Source: Diplonema japonicum (taxonomy: Eukaryota > Protista > Euglenozoa: Diplonemea). Taken from it: 64,000 bases of DNA. Location: contig OZ025685.1 in assembly GCA_964019335.1 (NCBI GenBank), positions 186,001-250,000 on the forward strand, in the 5' to 3' direction. Numbering within the stretch: position 1 is the stretch's first letter; every line of letters starts with the position of its first letter. Position numbers and translations under genes: made by a program. Shown one piece after another: positions 22,063-31,321 of the stretch. Under the pieces are notes generated by a model. It was not told the DNA's origin and did not search any database. It saw only the letters and a program-made list of their open reading frames with translations.

Positions 22063-22653
22063 GAATAGTTTTTTTTTTTTTTTTTTTTTTTTAGAAACGT
22101 AGATTCTTTTGTGTTGATTATCAAAAAAAAAGAAGAGGGAGGAGGAAAGGATAGAAATCTCAATGGAAGGACAACAAATGGCAGGAGAGCGACAGCAACC
22201 CTATCCTAAAGCAATAATTGCAAGTGGATTGCCACCCTTTCGCACACCATAAACCTCTTTTTCTCCTGCTATGTTCTCCTTTCCATTTTCTCCCCCTCTT
22301 TCCCCCCCCCTTTTTTTTCTTTCTGTTACGATTGGGTTTGACGGTTACGAAGCAGGGGGGAACATAACGAGAAAAAGAGGAATCTTTTTTCGGGGGAAAA
22401 AAAAAACTTCTCGCCGCCCCCTCACGAACACCTCCTCGCTCCCTATCCCATCCTCTGTCTTGCGTTCTTCGTTGTGTTATAAAATAGAAGAAAGAAAATG
22501 AAATGCAAAAAAAAAAAAAAAAAGAGGCAGAAGTGTTATTCGTATTATTATCGTTTTCCGCTTAATGTGCAATGGCATGGCCATCACTCAAGGTAGTACC
22601 TCGTCTTGTCTTTGGAGGAAACACGTCAGAAAAAGAAAAAAAAAGAGGGAGAG

Positions 22654-25368
22654 ATGGGTGATATCTTGAACCTGACACCAAGCAGACCGCTGGGGACAAA
22701 ACCAGGGAAAAGAGTGAACAAAGCAAGACCGTTCCTGAGAGACAAATGGGCCGAGCTGAGAGGTGTAAAGGAAGACGGCAAACTGACAGGGTGGGACCAC
22801 CACGGGATCTCCCGTGTGAGCAAAGAATGGCTTGACGTGTACAAAGGAGACAAGGACCATTTCAACAGCAACGCTGTCTTAGGGGAGGCGTTCCTACGAC
22901 AGGTCATATCGGTAACCGCGCATTTGGGGGAACCGAACCCATTGAGAACGGCGGTGTGCTGTGTGCTGATGGCCGACATTTGCAAACAGACAAATACCCC
23001 AAACGGAGCTCTTCCATCGTTGATCTTCAAGGAGCTGCTCGGTTCGATTTACTCCACTAACGATTCTGTACCCGACCACCGTGAGACAGACATAACAGGG
23101 TACCTTTCAAAAACCATGTGGTGCGATCAATACAAGGCCATGAGGGATTCGTTCTTGAAATACCACAGCGTGGCTGAACAGTCTAGCAAAGTCCTTTCAA
23201 GGCAACAAATGGTCCTTGGTAGAACAGTGGATACATGGCAGAGAATGTTGCTGTCAAGGTACATCGTAGCGTGGAAGAACACCGTTGTCCGGATACAGTA
23301 CCAACAGGAAATCTTCACAGAATGTCATTATAGGAACTCGCGGAGACGGATCTTAAGGGTTGCGCTGTCAGCGTGGAAGGCTGATGTTGTCTCTGCACGA
23401 CATGGTAAAGAGGTGGATCGATTCCAGAAGAAACAGAACTCGTTGACGTTGAAGCTGTCAAACCTGCAGAACGACATCGCAGAAGCAGCGTCCCAGATCA
23501 CAACCCTCGACACAGAGAAGACGATCCTCGAGGAGGAGATCGCTCGGCTCCGCGAGCAGATCGATTCCAAGGACTTGCAGATTTCTCAAAAAGACGCAGA
23601 GATTGAAATGCTTAAAGAAGACATCGTCGGGTGGCGTGGTTTTGCAAAAAGACTAACGGAAGAATACTGGCCTGGGTTCATCTCAACTGACCCAAACGAG
23701 TATCTTTTCTCAGAAGTCGTCGGAAAGGAGGCTGACCACCTCAACATGGCAACCAAACTGCACATCCGTAAGAACACCCTGCAGATCAACAAAGACTCGG
23801 CGTGGCTTCAGTCCCTTCCACACGAAAAACGTCCTGCTCTAAAACTCCTCCTTCACTGGGTGAACCGAGCCGTTTTCGCAGCAAACCCCGCATCGGACCT
23901 CCCCACCAACCTCAGTACAGATTACCGCAACACGCTTCCGATCCTAGAAGTCTTAAAAGCAATAACGGTGCTACCAGAAAATTTCGAACAGAAGATCCAA
24001 AATGAGATCAGTTTCAGGAATAGAGCCTATTCGATTCTCACTACAGTGCGTGCCTGGCGTGGGGAAGAAGCCACAACGGAACTCGATATCACAGAAGGTG
24101 CTCTTGACGCCCAGGCACTGCTCCTTTCGAACCTATTTATAGAGTTTATTTTCCAAGCAGGACACGGGGGAGCTGTGCAGCACAAAGCAACTGAATCCCG
24201 AAAGGAGCTATTAAAGGAGATTGCATCGTGTGACCGAACGGACAGGCTGGCCACCTTTGTAGAATCTGCTTTGGCGGGGAAGGACCAATGGCAGAAGATA
24301 TCCGGGCCGGTCCGAATGCTAAGGGAAAGCATCGTGATGCAGCATTTTGAAAGCAGGGAGTCGCTGGTGTTCCAAGACGAGGCAAAACAAAAAGAACGAG
24401 AGCCGCTGGTGGTAGTGGACCCACTCAGAGTGGCGGACATCGCCGAGTTGAATGGGACAAGAGCGCATGCAGAACTGAGAGATATGCTGTTGAAGCATGG
24501 GGAGTTGCTGCAGAACACATGGAAGTTCTACTCGTCAGACGGGAGGCTCATGACGCCCGCAAAGTTTTGGAGGTTCATCAGCGACGTGAAGGCGACAGAC
24601 CGGGCCTTCAAGAAAAACATGATCTCAAAAATTTACAAGAGGGCAAACTCCGTGACAGAGGACATCACGTCGAAACTGAACAACAGCGTGAAGGACGTGA
24701 TGAGCTCGGAAGACGAGGAGCAACAGGAACCGGAGGAGGTGATCGAAAGTTACAACCCAGACGACCAGCTGAGCGCAACAGAATGGGTGGACTGCTGCAT
24801 CCACATCGCAGCTGGGAAGTTCAAGGAGATGGAGGTTTTAGGCGCTGTGGAAAAATTTCTGCTACAGCACGTGGACAAACATGGGTGTCAGTCAAACGTG
24901 GACGAATTTCGGGACCAGATCTACCACAAAGACGTGCAGGTGGTACTTGCTCGCTACAACACCTCCATGCAGCGGATCTTCAAGTACTACGCGCGGTACG
25001 AGAAGCGAAAGTCTGACAACGGAACGGACGAAGACATCTCAATGATCGAATACAAGCAGTTCCTGAAGGATGCGAAGCTTATCGACTCCACACTCTCCGT
25101 CGACTCCGCCTGCGAGCTCTTTCGTTTCCTCCAAGACGACCAGCCCGACCCCATCAGCTCGACGCTTGGCCTGAGCATGAGCACCGCCAACACCACCCTT
25201 GTATACCGCGAGTTCCTTGAGGTTATCGTCTGCATCGCCATCTTCAAGCTCCCCGCCCCTTACATCAAGCTAGCGGATAGGGTCCAGGTTTTCATCTCCG
25301 CAAAACTCCTCCCAACCTTGAAATCCACAAATCCGCGAATCACCAACCTCAAAAAGGCAAAAAACTAA
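22654..25368 (+). CDS. Large hypothetical protein with coiled coil, calponin-homology-like segment and C-terminal EF-hand-like repeats
   Basis: 904-aa ORF; heptad region LSNLQNDIAEA..; CH-like LLLHWVN..TNLSTDYRN; EF-like RIFKYY..ISMIEYKQFLKD and YREFLEVI. Confidence 0.8.
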   Translation: MGDILNLTPSRPLGTKPGKRVNKARPFLRDKWAELRGVKEDGKLTGWDHHGISRVSKEWLDVYKGDKDHFNSNAVLGEAFLRQVISVTAHLGEPNPLRTAVCCVLMADICKQTNTPNGALPSLIFKELLGSIYSTNDSVPDHRETDITGYLSKTMWCDQYKAMRDSFLKYHSVAEQSSKVLSRQQMVLGRTVDTWQRMLLSRYIVAWKNTVVRIQYQQEIFTECHYRNSRRRILRVALSAWKADVVSARHGKEVDRFQKKQNSLTLKLSNLQNDIAEAASQITTLDTEKTILEEEIARLREQIDSKDLQISQKDAEIEMLKEDIVGWRGFAKRLTEEYWPGFISTDPNEYLFSEVVGKEADHLNMATKLHIRKNTLQINKDSAWLQSLPHEKRPALKLLLHWVNRAVFAANPASDLPTNLSTDYRNTLPILEVLKAITVLPENFEQKIQNEISFRNRAYSILTTVRAWRGEEATTELDITEGALDAQALLLSNLFIEFIFQAGHGGAVQHKATESRKELLKEIASCDRTDRLATFVESALAGKDQWQKISGPVRMLRESIVMQHFESRESLVFQDEAKQKEREPLVVVDPLRVADIAELNGTRAHAELRDMLLKHGELLQNTWKFYSSDGRLMTPAKFWRFISDVKATDRAFKKNMISKIYKRANSVTEDITSKLNNSVKDVMSSEDEEQQEPEEVIESYNPDDQLSATEWVDCCIHIAAGKFKEMEVLGAVEKFLLQHVDKHGCQSNVDEFRDQIYHKDVQVVLARYNTSMQRIFKYYARYEKRKSDNGTDEDISMIEYKQFLKDAKLIDSTLSVDSACELFRFLQDDQPDPISSTLGLSMSTANTTLVYREFLEVIVCIAIFKLPAPYIKLADRVQVFISAKLLPTLKSTNPRITNLKKAKN

Positions 25369-25837
25369 AGGATCAGGAACGAGAATGAGTCTGTTTCTTA
25401 TGAGCAGCAGGGGAGATGGTTTGTTAATACAGGAGTATATATACTTTTTTATGGTCCATTTTCATTATTTGTCATTGTTCATAGTATCCAGGGTTGAAAA
25501 GCGAGCATGCAACCATGCTTAAAACCATTCGTTTCACCCAGGCAACGCTCAGATCGTCAAAATAGGGATTTTGAAAGGGAAAAAAAATTGAGTATGGTCT
25601 TAGTATTTTTGCCAGAAATATGGGCTTGGGATCGATTAAACCGACCATAAATTAGAAAAAAAAACCGATCATTAACCGGGATAAACCCATCATTAATCTA
25701 AAATTGCTGGTCAGGTTCAAAAGCTGTGAACAAAAGGTCCATCTGGGGACATAGAGGGACCACATGGGCGAAATTTACACTACAAGCGTACCATATTTTC
25801 TTGATACATATCTCAAACCCCGCCGCGAAAATTGTAA

Positions 25838-25910
25838 GCCCGTGTAGCCCAATGGATAAGGCGTTTGCTTCCTAAGCAAAAGATTGTGGGTTCGATCCCC
25901 ACCATGGGTG
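25838..25910 (+). tRNA. trnR-CCU: tRNA-Arg(CCU)
   Basis: Acceptor GCCCGTG/CATGGGT, anticodon arm TTTGC-TTCCTAA-GCAAA, GTGGG-TTCGATC-CCCAC, T6 terminator. Confidence 0.95.
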
Positions 25911-26131
25911 TTTTTTCTCTGGTGTATTTGCGTCTTTATGAAGTTGCAATAATTTTCCCCCTTCTTATTCGTGAAACTTACCGCCACGGATAATAATAAA
26001 AAAAAAAAAAAAAAAAAAAAACCATAAAAAAAAAAACAAAAACAAAAAAAAAAACATAAAGAAAATAAAAGAACAAGAGAAAAAAAAAAAAACAACAAAA
26101 AAAAAATATAAAAATAAAAAAAAAATAATAC

Positions 26132-26154
26132 ACGACGACGACGACGACGACGAC
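26132..26154 (+). repeat. (ACG)n microsatellite at the 5' edge of the LINE leader
   Basis: About 7 copies of ACG/GAC directly before GGGTC at 26158. Confidence 0.8.
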
Positions 26155-26157
26155 AAC

Positions 26158-29100
26158 GGGTCACAGCAATGTCATCTCTCTGCGCGAAGGAAGCTCGTAC
26201 GACTTGGCTACAACTCGCGGCTAAATCCTGGCCGGCCCCGCACGTATAGGGGTGTCCAAACGGGACAAGGCGTTAGTGGTGGCGACGTAAGGTCTGTTAG
26301 GGCCGGCCCCCCCCAAGTCGTACAACCCTATCTTCGAAGACCTGAAGGTAGGGGTGACCACAAAGGCAGAGTGACATACATGCTGAAACGACCCTCGACC
26401 ACACCGAGAAAGATGCGCAAAGGTTGCGGACCACATGATATGGACATCTTGGCGTGCGGTGACGTCGAGCAGAACCCGGGGCCAGCCGCGAAAGACGGAT
26501 GGCTGAAGATAGTCTCGCTGAACGTGAGGTCCCTCAGAGCTAGGAAGGCCGAAATCGAGAAGGCTATCGAAGAAACAGCGCCGGACATCCTGTGTCTCCA
26601 AGAGACACACCTAACATCAGACGATGCGATCCACGGCTGGTTCGAAGGGTACAGAGCTTTCCGAAGAGACAGGACGCGACCGAGAAGGAGGAATTTCCCC
26701 ATAAAAGGGGGCGGCTTACTGACTCTCGTGAAAGAAGGCATCAACGCTAGCGGTGTCGAAAGGAAGGAGAAGAAAAATGACGTGACGGAAAGACTGGACG
26801 TCAAAATATACCCGCCAGGTCAAAAGGAGATCCTCCTGGTGAACATCTACCTTCCACCAACATCGCCGTCAGATCCGAGCGATGACAGACCGAGCATCGA
26901 CACCTACTTCAACCCGAACACACTCCCGACAGGGGACAGAACCTTAATCATGGGGGATTTCAACGCCCACCACCCTCTGTGGGACGGGAGAAGAAAGAAA
27001 GAGGACCTCATAGGTGACAAAGTCGCAAAGTGGATGATCGAGAAAGGGATGCGACCCTGGAATGACAAAGCCACACCGACACTATTGAACACAAGAGGTT
27101 CCTTATCATCACCGGACCTGGTGATAAGCGGGCCAGACATGGACTCTAGATCCTGGACAACCCTCGATTCATGGGGGTCTGACCACATACCCATGTCCAT
27201 CCGGATAAGAACGAAATACGAAACCGGACCAACCATTAAGAAATTCAGCTTCAAAAAAGCTGACTGGGAGGGGTACAGAAATCATCTGGAGTACACCCTG
27301 AGGCACCTGCAGAGAACAGGAGACCCGGTCAGGCTAAACAAGCAGTTCACTGAAGCAGTCAAGGAGGCCGCCAGGCTCTTCATCCCAAGAGGGGGAGCGA
27401 GAGGCGGGAAAGCGTGGTGGACTGAAGAGCTGACGCAACTGGTTGGAAGAAGAAACGCTCTGAAGAAGGAGATTATGTCGGACATCGGCATCCCATCGAT
27501 AGAACAATGCGAGAGGCTTGGTGAAATCAGCAGGCAAGTGCAGAAACAGATCGATGAAGGGAAGAAAAGAGCGTGGGCCGACTACATGAAGGAGCTGTCT
27601 CAGAAAAAGGACTTGGGACACGCTTTCAGGACGATAAAAACGCTCGATGGCAGGAAGGACAAAGATCCAGTAGCACCACTAATGGCAGGCGGCAAGCTAC
27701 ACACATCGGCGAAGCAAAAAGCAGACGTCCTTGTGGAGCACTACGCAAAGGCTTTTGCACCCCACCTTAACAAGGACACAAAGAAGATGCTGGACGGTGA
27801 AAACAGGAAGTCCAAAGTGATCAAGGACTTGAGGGACAGGGTCACTTGCCCAGGGATAAGCATGGAGGAACTGAAGCACGCGCTGAGGCAGTTGAAGAAG
27901 GGGAAATCCCCGGGCCCAGACGGTGTCTACAACGAGATGCTGAAACACCTGGGGGGGACGGCCATGGACACATTACTCCATCTGTTCAATATGTCATGGG
28001 AGAAGGGAGTGGTACCATCAGACTGGAGGTTCACGCACATAATCCCACTTTACAAAGGAAAGGGCAAGTCAAGAAGTGATCCGGCATCGTACAGACCGAT
28101 ATCGCTAACCTCCAACATTTCAAAGACAATGGAGAGGATAGTAAAGATAAGGGTCGACTACCACCAAGACGTGGGAGATGTGAAGAGGGTGCACAAAATG
28201 CAGTCAGGTTTCAGGAAAGGGCGCTCCACAGAAGAGAACGTCCTGCAAGTGACCACGAAACTGAACCGCATCAGAGACGATGAGTTCTGCGGCGGACTTT
28301 TGCTCTTCGACCTGAAAGGAGCCTTCGACACAGTGTGGCACAAGGGTCTAAATGCGAAAATGAGGAGTAATGGCTACCCGCAAAGAATTACGGACTGGGT
28401 GGCCGCTTTCCTAGACCAGAGGATCGCTGCCGTCAAGGTGAGTGGCGAAACAGGGAAGCACGAACACATAACGGGTGGGGTTCCACAGGGAACCATCCTT
28501 GCCCCAACCCTCTTCTCGATCTACATGGACGACCTCTCAGAGACGTTCGAAAAGGAGGTCATTGATGCCGTGATGTACGCAGACGACATTGCGGTGGTGC
28601 TGCACGAAAAAGACCTGGACAGCTTGAATGGAAAACTGATGAAGATCCTGAGGGTTGTGGAGAGCTGGTGCTCGAGAAACTCGATGGTGATCTCCAAGGG
28701 AAAGACAGAGTTCCTTCCCGTTGCTGGCATCTCCTATCCGCAGAGAACACTGAAGGGGAAGATCAGAGCAACTTTCAAGACCGGCGAAGAACTCGAGGTG
28801 GTCGAAAAAACAAAGCTGCTCGGAGTCACCTTCGAGGAGGACATGCTTTTCTCCGAACACTCCAGAGACGTCTTGGAAAGAGGTGAAAGCAGGGTCAGGC
28901 TGCTGAGCTGCCTTGCGGGAACGAGATGGGGTTGCAAGAAGGTGGTGTTGAGGGCTCTATACCTCACATATGTGCAACCAGTCTTCAGATACTGCTTGGG
29001 CGTGTACGGGTCATTTCTCCCGAGCGGGAGGAACACGCCCCACGAAGGCATCAAGAAGCTTCAATACAGGGCAGCGGTGAAGATCACAGGCTGCATCGCG

Positions 29101-30368
29101 TCATCAGAGACATTCGCGACACTGAACGAAGCGGGGCTGTGGACCCTGGATGCGCTGATCGAACACGACAGCCTGTTGCTCTACGAGTCACTGATGAGAA
29201 AAGTGGACACCGCCGCATACCAGGCGACTCAGCCTCTGGAGGATCTGACCAGGTACGAGAAGCTCCTACCAAGGAGGACTTGGTCTGACAAACAGAGAGA
29301 GGCATCGAAAGCCTACAAACTCCCAGAGAGGACGGGCACACCTCACTCGGGCGCCGTCTTCATGAGGAGACTCGCGGTTGCACCCTGGCAAAGATTCGAG
29401 GGGCAACTCGTGCTCTCCCCCTTCCTAGACACGCAGGTGAAAAGGACGGACCCAAAAGAGGTCAGGAAAGAGGCAACAACGAACACCCTGAACAGGTTAT
29501 GCGAGAAACACGGCCGGGCATTCTGCATGGTGTTCACAGACGGGTCCGTAAAGGATGGGAAAAACGGAGGCTCGGCCGCCATCCTGCTGCACAACGGGTC
29601 CGATGCTGCCTACGGGATCAGCGGTGGACTGTATTCGACATCCTACAAATGCGAACTCAGGGCCCTGAGGCTAGGGATCCGACTGGCGACAAGACTCTCA
29701 GAGAGGAAGCTTGCAAGCCAAGGGATGGTTCTGATATGCACAGATTCGCAGTCGGTGATACGGAAGATGTGCCAGGGACACATGTCGGCAGCCTCCAAAG
29801 ATGACTTCGAACTCTGGCAGGAGGTCGCGAGCTTGACAGGCAGAGGCCACAAGCTAATCGTTCAATACGTCCCGAGTCACTGCGGGTACAAGTGGAACGA
29901 GAAGGCGGACCAGAAGGCAAAAGAGGCGAGCGAAAGACTGGCCCACACCCGTGAGACAGACATTGAGGTGGTTAAAACTCTGGTGAGGAAGCATGTCATC
30001 AGAAGCCACCTCCGCCTATGGAAGGATACTGGCGTCACAAAGACGTACAGGGAGCAGTTTGCCGGAAGTTACGAGAAGTTCGAGGAGCTGGACAGAAAGA
30101 AAGAAGTGGCGATCATGAGGCTGAGGGTGGGGAAGAGCCCACTCACTTGCGGATACCTACTCATACCCCCAGTCGAGGAGGTCCCGTGCCATCTATGTTC
30201 GCAACCCCAGACTCTAAGCCACCTCCTACGGGAATGCCAAGACGGAAAGAGGATCGACCAAAGGAGTCAGATCTTCGGTAGCTCCCTTCCTTCCCTCAAA
30301 GTCCTCCTGTCCACCGACGCCTGTAAGACCGCCCAGCTCTTGGAGCGGCAGGGAACATTGTGAAAAAA
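26158..30368 (+). mobile_element. Apparently intact Ingi/L1Tc-like non-LTR retrotransposon
   Basis: Structured 5' leader, single uninterrupted ORF with 2A, APE, RT, RNase H and CCHC, short A-run after the stop. Ends are approximate. Confidence 0.9.
26380..30363 (+). CDS. LINE polyprotein: 2A-like peptide, AP endonuclease, reverse transcriptase, RNase H, zinc knuckle
   Basis: GDVEQNPGP; SLNVRSL, CLQET, GDFNAHH, GSDHIP; GKSPGPDG, YRPISLT, QSGFR, DLKGAFD, GVPQG, YADD; FTDGS, CELRAL, CTDSQS, VPSHCG, NEKAD; CHLC..HLLREC. Confidence 0.95.
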   Translation: MLKRPSTTPRKMRKGCGPHDMDILACGDVEQNPGPAAKDGWLKIVSLNVRSLRARKAEIEKAIEETAPDILCLQETHLTSDDAIHGWFEGYRAFRRDRTRPRRRNFPIKGGGLLTLVKEGINASGVERKEKKNDVTERLDVKIYPPGQKEILLVNIYLPPTSPSDPSDDRPSIDTYFNPNTLPTGDRTLIMGDFNAHHPLWDGRRKKEDLIGDKVAKWMIEKGMRPWNDKATPTLLNTRGSLSSPDLVISGPDMDSRSWTTLDSWGSDHIPMSIRIRTKYETGPTIKKFSFKKADWEGYRNHLEYTLRHLQRTGDPVRLNKQFTEAVKEAARLFIPRGGARGGKAWWTEELTQLVGRRNALKKEIMSDIGIPSIEQCERLGEISRQVQKQIDEGKKRAWADYMKELSQKKDLGHAFRTIKTLDGRKDKDPVAPLMAGGKLHTSAKQKADVLVEHYAKAFAPHLNKDTKKMLDGENRKSKVIKDLRDRVTCPGISMEELKHALRQLKKGKSPGPDGVYNEMLKHLGGTAMDTLLHLFNMSWEKGVVPSDWRFTHIIPLYKGKGKSRSDPASYRPISLTSNISKTMERIVKIRVDYHQDVGDVKRVHKMQSGFRKGRSTEENVLQVTTKLNRIRDDEFCGGLLLFDLKGAFDTVWHKGLNAKMRSNGYPQRITDWVAAFLDQRIAAVKVSGETGKHEHITGGVPQGTILAPTLFSIYMDDLSETFEKEVIDAVMYADDIAVVLHEKDLDSLNGKLMKILRVVESWCSRNSMVISKGKTEFLPVAGISYPQRTLKGKIRATFKTGEELEVVEKTKLLGVTFEEDMLFSEHSRDVLERGESRVRLLSCLAGTRWGCKKVVLRALYLTYVQPVFRYCLGVYGSFLPSGRNTPHEGIKKLQYRAAVKITGCIASSETFATLNEAGLWTLDALIEHDSLLLYESLMRKVDTAAYQATQPLEDLTRYEKLLPRRTWSDKQREASKAYKLPERTGTPHSGAVFMRRLAVAPWQRFEGQLVLSPFLDTQVKRTDPKEVRKEATTNTLNRLCEKHGRAFCMVFTDGSVKDGKNGGSAAILLHNGSDAAYGISGGLYSTSYKCELRALRLGIRLATRLSERKLASQGMVLICTDSQSVIRKMCQGHMSAASKDDFELWQEVASLTGRGHKLIVQYVPSHCGYKWNEKADQKAKEASERLAHTRETDIEVVKTLVRKHVIRSHLRLWKDTGVTKTYREQFAGSYEKFEELDRKKEVAIMRLRVGKSPLTCGYLLIPPVEEVPCHLCSQPQTLSHLLRECQDGKRIDQRSQIFGSSLPSLKVLLSTDACKTAQLLERQGTL

Positions 30369-30687
30369 CTTATAAATTATAATATGTTATACTCTCCAAA
30401 CATTGAGGTCTGAAGTTGTTAAACGACTTCAGACAGCAATTGTTTCTAACTCAATCTCTCGACTCTGGCTTCACTCCTATCCTTTCTTTTCACCTCCCTC
30501 CCCAGTGTCTTCCCTTATTTTCCATTACCAGGCCCCTGTCCCCCGCCCCCAGTGTTATTCAAATTTTTCACTCACCTTTCATATAGAAAGAAAAAAGAAA
30601 AAAAAAAAAAGAAAAAAAAGAAGGACAGATGATTCAAGCTTCGGTGTACACAATCGAGCTTGATTTGAATTCCTTTATTTTGAGAAA

Positions 30688-30747
<60 letters not shown>

Positions 30748-30782
30748 GAAGAACGAAACTTAATTGAATTGAATTTATTGGC

Positions 30783-31096
30783 TCCCGAAAGCCCAACAAG
30801 TCCAGCAGACGGTGGAGTTTCACAGTCAGCTGGTTAATTTTTCACAATTGAAACTCCTCCAAAGTTCTTAAAATCTGGGAGGTCGTCTCTTGTTACTAGA
30901 GGCGGCTAATGCCTCGAGACCCAGGTGCTGCCTGGTGGGTGGGATCGGTTTTATTTTATTATGAAAAGAGCGTGGTGAGGGGGTCCAAGTAATTTACTAC
31001 AGGGAGCAGCGGACCAGGACCCCTCGACCAATGGCTCAGTAACAGAGACTGCTTTTCACGAATCACTTTCAAACACCTCTCTTGGTTTGAAGTGAT
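30783..31096. other. Structured non-coding segment upstream of tRNA-Leu; candidate ncRNA or LINE 3' structure
   Basis: Stems GGAGTTTCA/TGAAACTCC, GTCGTCTCT/AGAGGCGGC, TGAAAAG/CTTTTCA, GAGGGGGTCC/GGACCCCTC, ATCAC-TTCAAAC/GTTTGAAGTGAT. Confidence 0.35.
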
Positions 31097-31195
31097 GTCC
31101 CTTTCCCTTTCCCTTGAATGGTTTTCTCTACTCCCCTTCGATCCTCCCGCCTGGTAGTGGAATATTTATTATTATTATCCGCCACGGATTCTTGT

Positions 31196-31277
31196 GGCGA
31201 GATGGCCGAGCGGTCTAAGGCGTTGCGTTTAGGCCGCAATATCTCCGGATGCGTGGGTTCAAACCCCACTCTCGTCA
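31196..31277 (+). tRNA. trnL-UAG: tRNA-Leu(UAG)
   Basis: Acceptor GGCGAGA/TCTCGTC+A, anticodon arm TTGCG-TTTAGGC-CGCAA, long variable arm, GTGGG-TTCAAAC-CCCAC, T5 terminator. Confidence 0.95.
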
Positions 31278-31321
31278 CTTTTTAAACTCCAAAGACTGGG
31301 GGGGGTCACCCGGTAGAACAA

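Noticed and set aside
26158-26230. HDV-like ribozyme at the LINE 5' end (GGGTC/GACTT..GGCTAA)
   Set aside because: No convincing P3/L3 or 7-bp P1, and these bases fit better into longer stems; not excluded without a descriptor search.
31041-31048. ACAGAGA box suggesting U6 snRNA
   Set aside because: Downstream U6 core (AGATTAGCATGG) is absent.
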